The notes: generated by a model from the sequence alone, not told the origin. Counted from the stretch's first letter, positions 38,606-48,633 are shown. The stretch: 64,000 bases of DNA from an uncultured Oscillospiraceae bacterium (GCA_964512095.1 CAZEIH010000002.1:104263-168262), one strand, 5' to 3'. Numbers and translations: made by a program.

Positions 38606-39013
38606 TCACTCCGACACCGCTGTTGGAGGATTTTTGACCTGCTGCTTTGCAAGCTTCATTGCCTGTGCCCAGGTATCCCGGAGATCCTTCGCAAAATGCA
38701 GAACTTCCGCAAGTATTCCAGTGTCCTTTTTTATATTAGCTTCAAAAAGCCTGTCCAGCATGTAATCATATAAAAGGGACAGACCTTGGGAAAGCTCATA
38801 CTGCATATCCAGCGTAACCTTGAATTCTGTCAGTATGTCTTGAGCTCTCATAATGCTCTCGTGTGCCTTCTGAATATCCTTGTCCTCAATAGCCCTCTGA
38901 GACAACATGATGAATTTGATAAGCCCATTATATAGTATCAGAGTCAAGTCCTCAGGACTAGCGGTAAAAATAGAATTTTGCTTATAAATATCATATGCAT
39001 TTGAAGTAACCAT
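38606..39013 (-). CDS. fliS: flagellin-specific chaperone FliS
   Basis: 135 aa. AYDIYKQNSIFTASPEDLTLILYNG...LYDYM matches the FliS pattern. Synteny with fliD-fliS. Confidence 0.9.
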   Translation of the reverse strand: MVTSNAYDIYKQNSIFTASPEDLTLILYNGLIKFIMLSQRAIEDKDIQKAHESIMRAQDILTEFKVTLDMQYELSQGLSLLYDYMLDRLFEANIKKDTGILAEVLHFAKDLRDTWAQAMKLAKQQVKNPPTAVSE

Positions 39014-39051
39014 ACTAGCTCCTTTAATAATAATTCATAACAACATTACCA

Positions 39052-41259
39052 CTAATACATAAATTGCTGAGATAGCCATGAACTTTGGGTGTTCATATTG
39101 TTTATAAGTGCTTCCAATTTTGAAAACTGATTATAATAGCTGTTTTCCTTTAAAATTAATTCATCCGTCAATTTAGATATTCTGTCATCGTAATCAGATA
39201 TCTGACTATAAAGCATATTGCTGAATGCTGATCTATCGCCAGCCATACCTGCCTTTTCAAGCAATGCGCCCCTGTGCCCGCCAAGCGTATTAGTGCGGAT
39301 ACTGTCCTGAATCACATCTGAAATCCTAAATATCAGTCCCGATTCCTTGAATCTTTCGGATTTGGATGACGCACTGGTGACTGCAGTACTATAAAGAACA
39401 TCAGATTGCTTAGAAAACAAGCTAAATACTTCGTTGGGATTTTCACTGAGGGCATTTTTTAATTTTTCCTCATCAATATACAATTTGCCTTTGTCCACCC
39501 AGCTGTTGGACTTTATCCCGATAGATGAAAGCGATAAGCCAGACCCGGAAACGCTTTCCACTACTGCGTTACGAAGGTTTGTAGCAATCGAACGGAGAAT
39601 GCTGTCGTTTACAAGCAGTCCTGATTTTGCCTTTTCCTCCCACTGCTTAATATCCTCCTCTGTCATAGCCTCCTTTTGGTCACTAGTCAACGGAGCATAA
39701 GCATACTCTCTTTTTTCCGAAAGCTTTGAATTTATCTTATCCAATACTTCATTGTACTTATCAACAAAACCTTTGATCAGCTCCACGGCCTTTGTAGTAT
39801 CTGAGGTAACAGAAAGCTCGACAGGTCCCGCATTGTCCTTCATCAAATTAAAGGTTATTCCATTGATACTAAAGTTGTTTGTAGAACGCTCTATCGTCTG
39901 TGGACCATTGACACCATCATCAAAGGTAATGCTGGCATCTTCCCCCGCTACATCAGTAGCAATCAATGACAACGAACCCAAAAGCCCTCCAGCAGAATCG
40001 CTTGAGGAAATAGTAGCAGTTACCCCTGTTTTCCTGGTCTCAAGCATAAACTCGTTATTAAGGCTATCATAGCTCATCTTCACGCCTGTAGCTGAATTAG
40101 TGTTAACGGCATTGACTATATCATTCATCGAAGTTGTACGTGAATTGAAACTAAAGCTCTGACCATTTATGTCAAAACTTATATCATCTCCTTCTCCACT
40201 AACAATAAGTGGTATTGCAAAGCTGTCTTTAATATCAAAAATTTTGGCATCCATATTTATCTTATTTGAGTTGTTACCCCCGTTCATGCCTATTGCCGCA
40301 AGGCCTCCATTCTCGGCCATCGATGCTGACACCACCACATTCGTATCTACACTCTCAAGCACCACCTTATTATCAACGTTTTTAACCGTTATCTTCCCTT
40401 CTCCAAAGCCCTCGTCGTCGACCATGGATTGGAGTGCTGCAACCACAGCATCAGTGTCAGCGTAAGTGCCTGTATTGAGAGCAAATTCCTTCGTATCATC
40501 ACCAAGAGTAATCGTAAATCTGTTATTGGACTCAGTAAGAGTTATTCCCGTGCTCAAATCGGTATTAAAAATCGCACCATATCCGGCATTATTTGTGTTT
40601 GCGAATTTCAGAGTGTTGGTACCGTTTGTCTCGAAAGATATCTTGTCACCATCTTTTATGCTCACTGCAACTTTATCAGCTCCGAAAGCAGAATTCAATT
40701 TGCTTTGTAATTCCGCAGCCAATTCATCTATATTTGTTAGTCCATCTGATAAGACTATATCTTTACTGGTACCATTAAATTCGACCCTAAATACGTTATT
40801 ACCCGCCGCACTGCTAATTTCTCTTATCCCATCAGAAGTCAGCGGACTGCTCTCAAGGTTCCCAGCTGCAGCTGAACCATATTTCTTTGCAGTTGTAGCC
40901 GTAATAATGTTTGATATTGTATAGTTACCAGCTTTAGCCCCTGATCCCGCCGAAGCTGTAAAATATAAATTTGTGTCCACCCCGTTATACTTCATACCAA
41001 ATGCATTATAAATGGAAGAATTCCTCATATCGGTAGCCGGCTTCAAAGCATTGAAATACTCATTAGTAAAGCTTTGCAGCGAACTTGTTATCTCTCTGTA
41101 CTGCTCTTGTTTCCACACCAACGTTTGTCTGCTCTGAGAAACTGAATTCACCTTTAGCTTTTCCACCTGCATTAGTTGGAAAACGAGGCTATCCACATCG
41201 AGACCTGATAGACCGGACATTCTAGTAACACTATTATATGTATTATTAATGTAACTCAT
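39052..41259 (-). CDS. fliD: flagellar filament cap protein FliD
   Basis: 735 aa with an N-terminal FliD region (GLDVDSLVFQLMQVEKLKV) and a C-terminal heptad region. Synteny flaG-fliD-fliS. Confidence 0.9.
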   Translation of the reverse strand: MSYINNTYNSVTRMSGLSGLDVDSLVFQLMQVEKLKVNSVSQSRQTLVWKQEQYREITSSLQSFTNEYFNALKPATDMRNSSIYNAFGMKYNGVDTNLYFTASAGSGAKAGNYTISNIITATTAKKYGSAAAGNLESSPLTSDGIREISSAAGNNVFRVEFNGTSKDIVLSDGLTNIDELAAELQSKLNSAFGADKVAVSIKDGDKISFETNGTNTLKFANTNNAGYGAIFNTDLSTGITLTESNNRFTITLGDDTKEFALNTGTYADTDAVVAALQSMVDDEGFGEGKITVKNVDNKVVLESVDTNVVVSASMAENGGLAAIGMNGGNNSNKINMDAKIFDIKDSFAIPLIVSGEGDDISFDINGQSFSFNSRTTSMNDIVNAVNTNSATGVKMSYDSLNNEFMLETRKTGVTATISSSDSAGGLLGSLSLIATDVAGEDASITFDDGVNGPQTIERSTNNFSINGITFNLMKDNAGPVELSVTSDTTKAVELIKGFVDKYNEVLDKINSKLSEKREYAYAPLTSDQKEAMTEEDIKQWEEKAKSGLLVNDSILRSIATNLRNAVVESVSGSGLSLSSIGIKSNSWVDKGKLYIDEEKLKNALSENPNEVFSLFSKQSDVLYSTAVTSASSKSERFKESGLIFRISDVIQDSIRTNTLGGHRGALLEKAGMAGDRSAFSNMLYSQISDYDDRISKLTDELILKENSYYNQFSKLEALINNMNTQSSWLSQQFMY

Positions 41260-41266
41260 AAATTAC

Positions 41267-41641
41267 TCACCTTCTTTCATCTACTAACAATCCTGCCATT
41301 TCCAGCATATTTGCGACCATATCTAATATTTTTTTCGGTGGTATTTCCCTTATTACTTCTTTTGTAGTTTCATCAATGACTTTTATCATTATCTCATTTG
41401 TTTTATCATGTACAGAATATACGAATCTTCTGCTACTTCCTTCAATGGCTTTATTTATTCTCCCGACTGCATCTGCAACTACCTTCTCTGTGATGGGGTA
41501 TTCTGAAGTATCAGAATGAGTTCCGTTCCCATTAGGTGCTAACTTCGGTGAAATAGGTGCAGGCTCTACTACAGGCTTACCCTGTATGTCTACTGTGTTC
41601 TGTCTACTATTGATTGCGGCTTCCGTGCCTAATACTCTCAT
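41267..41641 (-). CDS. flaG: FlaG family protein
   Basis: 124 aa. The C-terminal motif FVYSVHDKTNEIMIKVIDETTKEVIREIPPKKILDM is typical of FlaG. Confidence 0.85.
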   Translation of the reverse strand: MRVLGTEAAINSRQNTVDIQGKPVVEPAPISPKLAPNGNGTHSDTSEYPITEKVVADAVGRINKAIEGSSRRFVYSVHDKTNEIMIKVIDETTKEVIREIPPKKILDMVANMLEMAGLLVDERR

Positions 41642-41700
41642 ATTAATCCCTCCATGAATTACCTACCATGAATTACTTAGAAAATACATCTTCTCAATAT

Positions 41701-41730
41701 ATTTATCGGATTATAAGCAGTTTATGTTAA
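41701..41730 (-). promoter_or_regulatory. sigma-28/SigD-type promoter upstream of flaG-fliD-fliS
   Basis: On the minus strand, -10 TCCGATAAAT (reverse complement of 41701-41710). The -35 is only TAAC at a 16-nt spacing. The 10-mer is identical to the one at the flagellin promoter. Confidence 0.5.
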
Positions 41731-41786
41731 TACAAAATATTAATCCTATACATCAATCCGACAATTCTCAAGACACACCACTTATA

Positions 41787-43094
41787 CTACAGAGTCTCAA
41801 TCTTCGACCTGTCAACAATATCCTTCATTGCATTTTTAGTATCAAATATTAACCTGCTATGTTCATTTATAAAATTATAGTCATACACACTATGCATAGT
41901 TGTAATAATTATCAAATCTGCCGCATCAAGAGTTTCGGCTTCTAATTCAGTAGATTTTAATGTCAGGCCTTTGAAGCTGAACTCCGGCACATAAGGGTCA
42001 TTATACCTAAGATTCGCGCCATTACTAACCAACAAATCAATAACCTCCAAGGCAGGAGACTCTCTTACGTCATCAATATCTTGCTTATATGCCGTACCAA
42101 GCACAAAAATTTTTGACCCATTAAGAGGCTTCCCAAAGCGATTAAGTATTTTCATAGTTCTTTCCAGTACAAACTCAGGCATAGAGTTGTTGATTTCTCC
42201 GGCAGTCTCTATCAATCTTGTATGATATCCGAATTCCCGTGCTTTCCATGTTAGATAGAATGGGTCAACTGCGATACAATGACCTCCAACGCCGGGTCCT
42301 GGATAGAAAGGCATGAAGCCGTAGGGCTTGGTTTTGGCAGCCTCGATGACCTCCCATATATCTATTCCCATCTTATCGCATATTAAAGCCATCTCATTAG
42401 CCAGGGCGATATTAACGTTTCTAAATGTATTTTCAAGGATTTTTTCCATCTCTGCAATTTTGGGCGAGGAAGCTTTGAATACTTCACTGTCAAGTACATT
42501 GTTATATAGCGCAGATGCTACGTCTGTACAATCCGGCGTAACTCCACCGACTACCTTTGGTGTGTTCTTAGTTTTGTATATTTTGTTGCCTGGATCCACA
42601 CGTTCAGGGGAGAAAGCTAGATAAAAATCCACCCCACATTTCAAGCCGGTTGACTCAAGAATCGGCAACACAACTTCCTCAGTAGTCCCAGGATAAGTAG
42701 TGCTCTCCAGCACAACCAGCATACCCTTGTACAGGTACTTTGCTATTTCCCTTACAGAGCTTACTACATACGAAATGTCCGGCTGAAAGTACTGATCCAG
42801 CGGCGTAGGTACACAGATAGCGATACAGTCAATATCCGAAATAAACCTATAATCGTTAGTTGCCTTCAGCTTGTCCGATTTGACAATACTTTTAAGATCA
42901 CCGGGGATTATATCACCAATATAATTAATGCCCTCATTGACCATTTTAACCTTCTGCTCCTGTATGTCAAAGCCAATCACCCTGTACCCCGCCTTAGCCT
43001 TCTCGACAGCAAGGGGAAGCCCAACATAGCCCAGACCCACCACACCGACTACTGCTGTTTTATTATTGATTTTGTCAAGCAATGCTTTTTTCAT
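41787..43094 (-). CDS. UDP-N-acetyl-D-glucosamine/mannosamine 6-dehydrogenase (WbpA/WecC family)
   Basis: 435 aa with NAD fold GLGYVGLP and a catalytic Cys region (GPGVGGHCI). Confidence 0.85.
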   Translation of the reverse strand: MKKALLDKINNKTAVVGVVGLGYVGLPLAVEKAKAGYRVIGFDIQEQKVKMVNEGINYIGDIIPGDLKSIVKSDKLKATNDYRFISDIDCIAICVPTPLDQYFQPDISYVVSSVREIAKYLYKGMLVVLESTTYPGTTEEVVLPILESTGLKCGVDFYLAFSPERVDPGNKIYKTKNTPKVVGGVTPDCTDVASALYNNVLDSEVFKASSPKIAEMEKILENTFRNVNIALANEMALICDKMGIDIWEVIEAAKTKPYGFMPFYPGPGVGGHCIAVDPFYLTWKAREFGYHTRLIETAGEINNSMPEFVLERTMKILNRFGKPLNGSKIFVLGTAYKQDIDDVRESPALEVIDLLVSNGANLRYNDPYVPEFSFKGLTLKSTELEAETLDAADLIIITTMHSVYDYNFINEHSRLIFDTKNAMKDIVDRSKIETL

Positions 43095-43172
43095 TTAACC
43101 GCCGCCTTCTTGTATAAAAGTATCAGCCAAATATATTAATTAACACTTATTTAAAATATCGTCTTTTTCCTG

Positions 43173-43201
43173 TCAAAGCATAAGCCAATAATGCCGATAA
43201 T
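43173..43201 (+). promoter_or_regulatory. sigma-28/SigD-type promoter upstream of the wbpB/D/E-like operon
   Basis: tCAAA (43173-43177), 15-nt spacer, GCCGATAA (43193-43200), compared with consensus TAAA-N15-GCCGATAT. Lies 41 nt upstream of ATG 43242. Confidence 0.6.
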
Positions 43202-43241
43202 AAAGATGTTACTATTGTATTAAACAAAAGAGGTGACCCAA

Positions 43242-44279
43242 ATGAAGGATATCATTAATTTCGGTCTGGTGGGTTGTGGCAGGATATCAAAAAACCACAT
43301 AGATGCCCTGTCCAAGCTGCAAAAGGATGCAAGACTGGTCGCTGTATGTGATATAGATGAATCTAAAGCCCGTAGAACAGGTGAAGAAAACTCCATCGAT
43401 TACTACACCAGCCTTGAAAACATGCTGGCAAGAGGAGATTTGGATGCAATATCCATATGTACTCCAAGTGGCCTTCACCCCACACACGGAATTGCTGCCG
43501 CCAAAAGAAAGCTCCACGTGATAACAGAAAAACCAATGGCAACTAGCCTAAAAAAAGCTGACGAGCTTATATCTGCATGTGATGAAAATGGTGTCCAGCT
43601 ATTCGTTATAAAACAAAACCGTCTCAACTCCACTTTACAGCTTGCTAAAAGAGCTATAGACAAGGGGCGTTTCGGTCGGATATATATGGTTATAGTAAAT
43701 GTATTGTGGTCGAGGCCCCAGTCATACTATGATGACGCAAAATGGCGTGGGACCTGGGAATTTGATGGAGGAGCCTTTATGAATCAGGCAAGCCATTATG
43801 TTGATATGATAGAATGGCTCGTTGGCCCCGTCGAGAGCGTCAACGCTTATACAGGAACTCTTGCTCGTAAAATTGAAACCGAAGACTCGGGTGTAGCTGG
43901 TATCAAGTTCAGAAATGGAGCATTTGGTTCAATTAATGTGACCATGCTGACATACCCCAAGAATCTTGAAGGCTCTCTTACCATTATCGGCGAACGTGGT
44001 ACTATAAGAGTGGGCGGAGTCGCCGTCAACAAAATCGAGCATTGGGAATTTAGTGACTATGACGATGACGACAAGCTAGTAGAAACCAGCGCATACAATC
44101 CCCCGGATGTATATGGTTTCGGCCACACCGGATACTATAAAAATGTTATAGACACGCTAAAGGGCTTGGCAGAGCCCAACACCAACGGCCGGGAGGGCCG
44201 TAAATCGTTGGAGTTGATTCTGGGCATATACAAATCCTCCCGCGAAGGCCGTAGCATCTCCCTCCCTCTGGAATATTAA
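43242..44279 (+). CDS. Gfo/Idh/MocA oxidoreductase, WbpB-like (UDP-GlcNAcA 3-dehydrogenase)
   Basis: Start ATG at 43242 after AGAGGTG. N-terminal GLVGCGRISKNH Rossmann fold. Context with the DegT aminotransferase and the acetyltransferase supports the call. Confidence 0.75.
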   Translation: MKDIINFGLVGCGRISKNHIDALSKLQKDARLVAVCDIDESKARRTGEENSIDYYTSLENMLARGDLDAISICTPSGLHPTHGIAAAKRKLHVITEKPMATSLKKADELISACDENGVQLFVIKQNRLNSTLQLAKRAIDKGRFGRIYMVIVNVLWSRPQSYYDDAKWRGTWEFDGGAFMNQASHYVDMIEWLVGPVESVNAYTGTLARKIETEDSGVAGIKFRNGAFGSINVTMLTYPKNLEGSLTIIGERGTIRVGGVAVNKIEHWEFSDYDDDDKLVETSAYNPPDVYGFGHTGYYKNVIDTLKGLAEPNTNGREGRKSLELILGIYKSSREGRSISLPLEY

Positions 44280-44388
44280 ACAGGGGGACGGTTCTACCAG
44301 GGAAACATGAAGGATAAAACATGGGGACGGTTCTACTATTTAGCTTCTTTAGTGAGGAGTGTCACCATACCAATTACCGAGGTGTGAA

Positions 44389-44964
44389 ATGAAAGAATAC
44401 TTTGTACATGAATCAAGTTACATCGACGAACCATGTGAAATAGGCGCCGGAACAAAAATTTGGCACTTCTCGCATATAATGAGCGGCTGCAGGATAGGCC
44501 TTAACTGTAATATCGGGCAGAATGTGGTCATATCGCCAGAGGTAGTTATCGGGGACAATGTTAGAATTCAAAACAATGTGTCCGTCTATACAGGCGTAAT
44601 ATGCGAGGATGACGTTTTCATCGGGCCCTCTGTTGTTTTTACAAATGTCATCAACCCAAGAAGCCACATTAACAGAAAACATGAATATAGAAACACAACA
44701 GTGAAGAAGGGCGCAAGCATAGGTGCCAACGCAACCATCGTGTGCGGGCATAATATCGGCAGATATACTTTTATCGGCGCTGGTGCTGTTGTCACCAAAG
44801 ATGTGCCCGACTTTACACTGGTGGTAGGCAACCCGGCAAGGCAGGTGGGTTGGGTCTGCAAATGCGGTGCAAAGCTGCAATTTAATGATGGGAAGGGCAA
44901 CACAGTTTGTAGTGAATGTGGCTGTAAGTATGTAATAGATAATAACATGGTCAAAGAGGCATAA
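44389..44964 (+). CDS. left-handed beta-helix (hexapeptide) N-acetyltransferase, WbpD-like
   Basis: Start ATG at 44389. Hexapeptide repeats run throughout, with a C-terminal CxxC..CxxC tail. Confidence 0.75.
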   Translation: MKEYFVHESSYIDEPCEIGAGTKIWHFSHIMSGCRIGLNCNIGQNVVISPEVVIGDNVRIQNNVSVYTGVICEDDVFIGPSVVFTNVINPRSHINRKHEYRNTTVKKGASIGANATIVCGHNIGRYTFIGAGAVVTKDVPDFTLVVGNPARQVGWVCKCGAKLQFNDGKGNTVCSECGCKYVIDNNMVKEA

Positions 44965-44991
44965 ATAATACTAAATCACAGGAGGCTAAGG

Positions 44992-46137
44992 ATGAAAATC
45001 CCGTTAATAGACTTAAAAGCCCAGTATTCAACAATAAAAGGCGAGATAAAGCAAACCATTGATGAGGTGCTGGAATCTCAGCATTTTATACTAGGCTCAA
45101 AGGTAGCTGAACTGGAGCGGGAAATCGCTACCTATAGTCAATGCAAATACGCACTAGGCGTATCGTCGGGAACAGATGCCTTACTGTTGGCTTTGATGGC
45201 GTTAGATATAGGACACGATGATCTGGTTATTACGACAACCTTCACTTTTTTTGCTACAGCCGGATGTATCGCAAGGCTAGGCGCGAAGCCGCTTTTTGTG
45301 GATATCGACCCTGAAACCTTCAACATATGTCCTGAAAAACTAGAAAATCGACTGAAAACCCTGACGAAAGAAGAGCTGTCACATGTAAAGGCTATTATCC
45401 CGGTTCATCTATTCGGACAAATGGCCGATATGGAAAGAATCTTACCCCTCTGCCGCAAATACGACTTGAAAATCATCGAAGATGCAGCACAGGCAATTGG
45501 TTCCGAGTGCCCTTACGCAGGCAAGCTTCGCCGTGCCGGAAGCATTGGCGATATAGGCTGCTTCTCATTCTTCCCATCCAAAAATCTTGGTGGAATAGGC
45601 GATGGAGGAATGGTCGTCACAAATAATGAAGCCCTCTATAGCAAAATGAAAATTCTTAGAACTCATGGCTCCAGCCCGAAATATTATCACAAATTCGTCG
45701 GAGGCAACTTTAGACTCGACGAGATCCAGGCAGCTGTGCTATTAGTTAAGCTGAGTTATCTGGATAGTTGGACTGAAAAAAGGCAAATAAACGCCGGAAT
45801 ATATGACAGCATACTTGGTGGCACCTGTAGCAAAGCCATTATTACACCAAAGCTATTGCCAGAGTACAGGCACATATATAATCAGTATTGTATTAAAACA
45901 GAAAAACGTGATGAACTAAAGTCATGCCTTTCCGATAATGGCGTTACTACAGAAATCTATTATCCTCTTCCTATGCATCAGCAGGAGTGTTTTTCTTACC
46001 TTGGTAATAGAATGGGTGATTTCCCGGCAGCAGAAGAGGCTGCAGCCAGTGTGCTGGCTTTACCAGTATACCCAGAGATGAGCCATGAGGCCTTGGAATA
46101 CACCGCCGGACTTATCAGAGACTTTGCAGCAAAATAA
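44992..46137 (+). CDS. DegT/DnrJ/EryC1 PLP-dependent sugar aminotransferase, WbpE-like
   Basis: 381 aa with AGGAGG upstream. PLP-Lys motif FSFFPSKNLG. Confidence 0.85.
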   Translation: MKIPLIDLKAQYSTIKGEIKQTIDEVLESQHFILGSKVAELEREIATYSQCKYALGVSSGTDALLLALMALDIGHDDLVITTTFTFFATAGCIARLGAKPLFVDIDPETFNICPEKLENRLKTLTKEELSHVKAIIPVHLFGQMADMERILPLCRKYDLKIIEDAAQAIGSECPYAGKLRRAGSIGDIGCFSFFPSKNLGGIGDGGMVVTNNEALYSKMKILRTHGSSPKYYHKFVGGNFRLDEIQAAVLLVKLSYLDSWTEKRQINAGIYDSILGGTCSKAIITPKLLPEYRHIYNQYCIKTEKRDELKSCLSDNGVTTEIYYPLPMHQQECFSYLGNRMGDFPAAEEAAASVLALPVYPEMSHEALEYTAGLIRDFAAK

Positions 46138-46151
46138 GCTAGCAGGCATCG

Positions 46152-46469
46152 TTACTTGCGTCCAGCCTCGATTACTTTCAATCTCACCTCATGCCTATCG
46201 CTTTTTTCAATAACCAAATCAAGACTTTCTTCAGCTCTGTCAAGCCTTTTCTCATGCTGGATATATCCATCAAATAGTGTTTTTGTATAGTTGTCAAGTT
46301 TGTTCTTAATTATGACTACACTATTTGACAGTTTTTTAATGTCCGATCTCATTTCATGCTGGTCCTCTGTCAGTTCCTTCTGGCCTTTTTCCAACAAATC
46401 CAGTCTTCCTGTGACCTCCGAATACATTTTCTCTAGCAACTGGTATGTCTTATCCTCCATATCCCCCAC
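46152..46469 (-). CDS. hypothetical coiled-coil protein
   Basis: 105 aa, charged and heptad-rich. Last ORF of the minus-strand sugar operon, with a possible own extended -10 (TGATATAAT) upstream. Confidence 0.45.
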   Translation of the reverse strand: MGDMEDKTYQLLEKMYSEVTGRLDLLEKGQKELTEDQHEMRSDIKKLSNSVVIIKNKLDNYTKTLFDGYIQHEKRLDRAEESLDLVIEKSDRHEVRLKVIEAGRK

Positions 46470-46595
46470 CTCCGTACCGGAAAATTATATCACAGGCAAG
46501 TCAAAATAGAAAGAACAAAAAACCCATTATATGTCTATCGATAGTCTATCCTTTACGTGTCTTCGCCCCATATATCAGCCTTTCTCCCCTATAAC

Positions 46596-47690
46596 CTAAC
46601 TATCTTCATATTCTTCTATTTGCTTTAGTGTAAGGTCATACATATCCTCATCGTCTAGATATGCTTTTACCCAACATGCCGTGAATTCCAGCGTCCTGTC
46701 TATATCAAGCCTGGGGCGGAATCCAAGGCCCTGCATTGCCTTAAAGGAATCAAGCTTCAGACAGTCAGTCTCGTGGGGGTTCTTGCTCCCATCCAACTCA
46801 AAACCTCCATCTTTCCCGAAGTGATAAAGAAGCCTTTTGGTAAGCCATTCAACAGGTTTAATGCTTTCGGTATCAGGCCCAAAATTCCATGGTCCCGAAT
46901 ATTTCAACGCTCCTTCACTGTAAAGCCTCTCAGCGAGAGTCATATACCCATACAATGGCTCCATAACGTGTTGCCATGGCCTAACAGCTTTTGGATTCCT
47001 GATAGAAAGCTTTTCATTTAAAATAATGCTTTTTATGATATCCGGCACCAGGCGATCCTGTGCAAAGTCACCTCCGCCAACCACATTACCCGCCCGAGCT
47101 GTTGCTATGGCAACACCATGCTTCTCATAAGCTGCCACATTAAAAAAAGAATTAATATAAGCTGAAGCTACTAGCTCCTGACACGCCTTACTATTGGAGT
47201 ATGGGTCATAGCCACCCAATCTGTCAGTTTCCCTGTATCCCCAAAAACCTTCGCTATTCTCATAGCATTTATCTGATGTAACTACCACGACAGCCCTAAC
47301 AGAAGGACATCGCCTTATTGAATCCAAAAGATTGACTGTCCCCATTACATTGGTTTCATAGGTTTCTACCGGTCTGTCATAGGAAGTCCTGACAATTGGC
47401 TGGGCTGCCAGATGAAATACTATTTCAGGGCTAGCTGCTTTCATTCCGCGCTCTAGCGCCTCTAAATCCCTTATATCACCAATAACTGAATTTATCCTGT
47501 TACCAACACCACAAATCTCAAACATGGACGGATTTGTAGGCGGCTCCAAAGCATACCCGGTTACATCAGCGCCAAGCTTATTCAGCCATATTGACAGCCA
47601 TGTTCCCTTAAAGCCTGTATGGCCGGCGATGAACACCTTCTTGTCTTTGTAAAAGCTGTTGGTCATTTTGCCACACCCCTCAGACATCAC
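46596..47690 (-). CDS. rfbG: CDP-glucose 4,6-dehydratase
   Basis: 364 aa extended SDR with GHTGFKG and YSNSK motifs. Adjacent pathway genes support the call. Confidence 0.85.
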   Translation of the reverse strand: MMSEGCGKMTNSFYKDKKVFIAGHTGFKGTWLSIWLNKLGADVTGYALEPPTNPSMFEICGVGNRINSVIGDIRDLEALERGMKAASPEIVFHLAAQPIVRTSYDRPVETYETNVMGTVNLLDSIRRCPSVRAVVVVTSDKCYENSEGFWGYRETDRLGGYDPYSNSKACQELVASAYINSFFNVAAYEKHGVAIATARAGNVVGGGDFAQDRLVPDIIKSIILNEKLSIRNPKAVRPWQHVMEPLYGYMTLAERLYSEGALKYSGPWNFGPDTESIKPVEWLTKRLLYHFGKDGGFELDGSKNPHETDCLKLDSFKAMQGLGFRPRLDIDRTLEFTACWVKAYLDDEDMYDLTLKQIEEYEDS

Positions 47691-48598
47691 TTCTCTTCAA
47701 TATTCCGCACCATCTTAATGCCGTCGAATAAACTTATAAGCCTCTGCCCGCTAATTATATTAGGTTCATTCAAATCAATACTTAGTATTTCTCTTCTCCT
47801 GTAATCCCTTTTACCCCAATCTATGTTTAGCTTATTACCATAAACCTCTTCAAAAACGGCGACAACATCTCTTAATTTGCAGTACTCACCAGGCGCAATT
47901 ATAAAAGACTTATGCATGTGAGGCTCTAATTCTTCTACCGCTTTTATCGCTAATAAATATCCTTTCACCACATCATCTATATAAACAAATCCTACGTCCT
48001 GATCACCCGGAGACATTTCTAGCTTTGCTCCACTCTGTACTGCTTTTTTCAGTAGTGTCATAACCTTTGGGCGCGGGTCATATGGACCATATGTATCAAC
48101 AAGTTTGATTGTTACGGACCTGAGTTTTGAAACCTCTCGGTAATATTTCATAATACACTCAAACGCTTGTTTTGTAGCAGCATACAGGTTAACCGGATTA
48201 TAAGCGTCTCCATTATAATTCTGCCAGTATGATCCGGTGTTAATAAAGTAATTGACACCACATGAAATTGCTGCATTTAGAACCTCAGTTCCAAAAAGTA
48301 TATTACTGTTAACTAGTGAACCTATATCCTTTGCTTGATGCTCTGCAACATAAATAGAGGCAAGATGAATTAATATATCTGGGTGTATTTCTTTAAAAAT
48401 ATCATTGAGTTTTTCGGGTTCACTATTGTATATATGTATCTTAACATTGTTCTTTATGTCAGCTAGCAAATCAAATCCAGAAAACGGACGTGCAATTATA
48501 TGAACCTCATAGCCTTCACAAAGCAATGTCCTGGCAATATTTGAGCCAATGTATCCGGTTGCGCCGGTCAATAATACATTCTTCATACTATCCCTCAC
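47687..48598 (-). CDS. NAD(P)-dependent SDR, CDP-4-keto-6-deoxyhexose reductase-like (RfbS/RfbJ-like)
   Basis: Motifs GATGYIGS and YAATK. 4-nt overlap with the rfbG start. Confidence 0.7.
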   Translation of the reverse strand: MRDSMKNVLLTGATGYIGSNIARTLLCEGYEVHIIARPFSGFDLLADIKNNVKIHIYNSEPEKLNDIFKEIHPDILIHLASIYVAEHQAKDIGSLVNSNILFGTEVLNAAISCGVNYFINTGSYWQNYNGDAYNPVNLYAATKQAFECIMKYYREVSKLRSVTIKLVDTYGPYDPRPKVMTLLKKAVQSGAKLEMSPGDQDVGFVYIDDVVKGYLLAIKAVEELEPHMHKSFIIAPGEYCKLRDVVAVFEEVYGNKLNIDWGKRDYRRREILSIDLNEPNIISGQRLISLFDGIKMVRNIEEK

Positions 48599-48633
48599 TC
48601 ACCACCTTATTGGCACCTTTCAATAATGGGTTT

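Noticed and set aside
44413-44954. Two minus-strand ORFs (155 and 122 aa)
   Set aside because: They are antisense to the hexapeptide-repeat acetyltransferase. Repetitive beta-helix genes commonly give open antisense frames.
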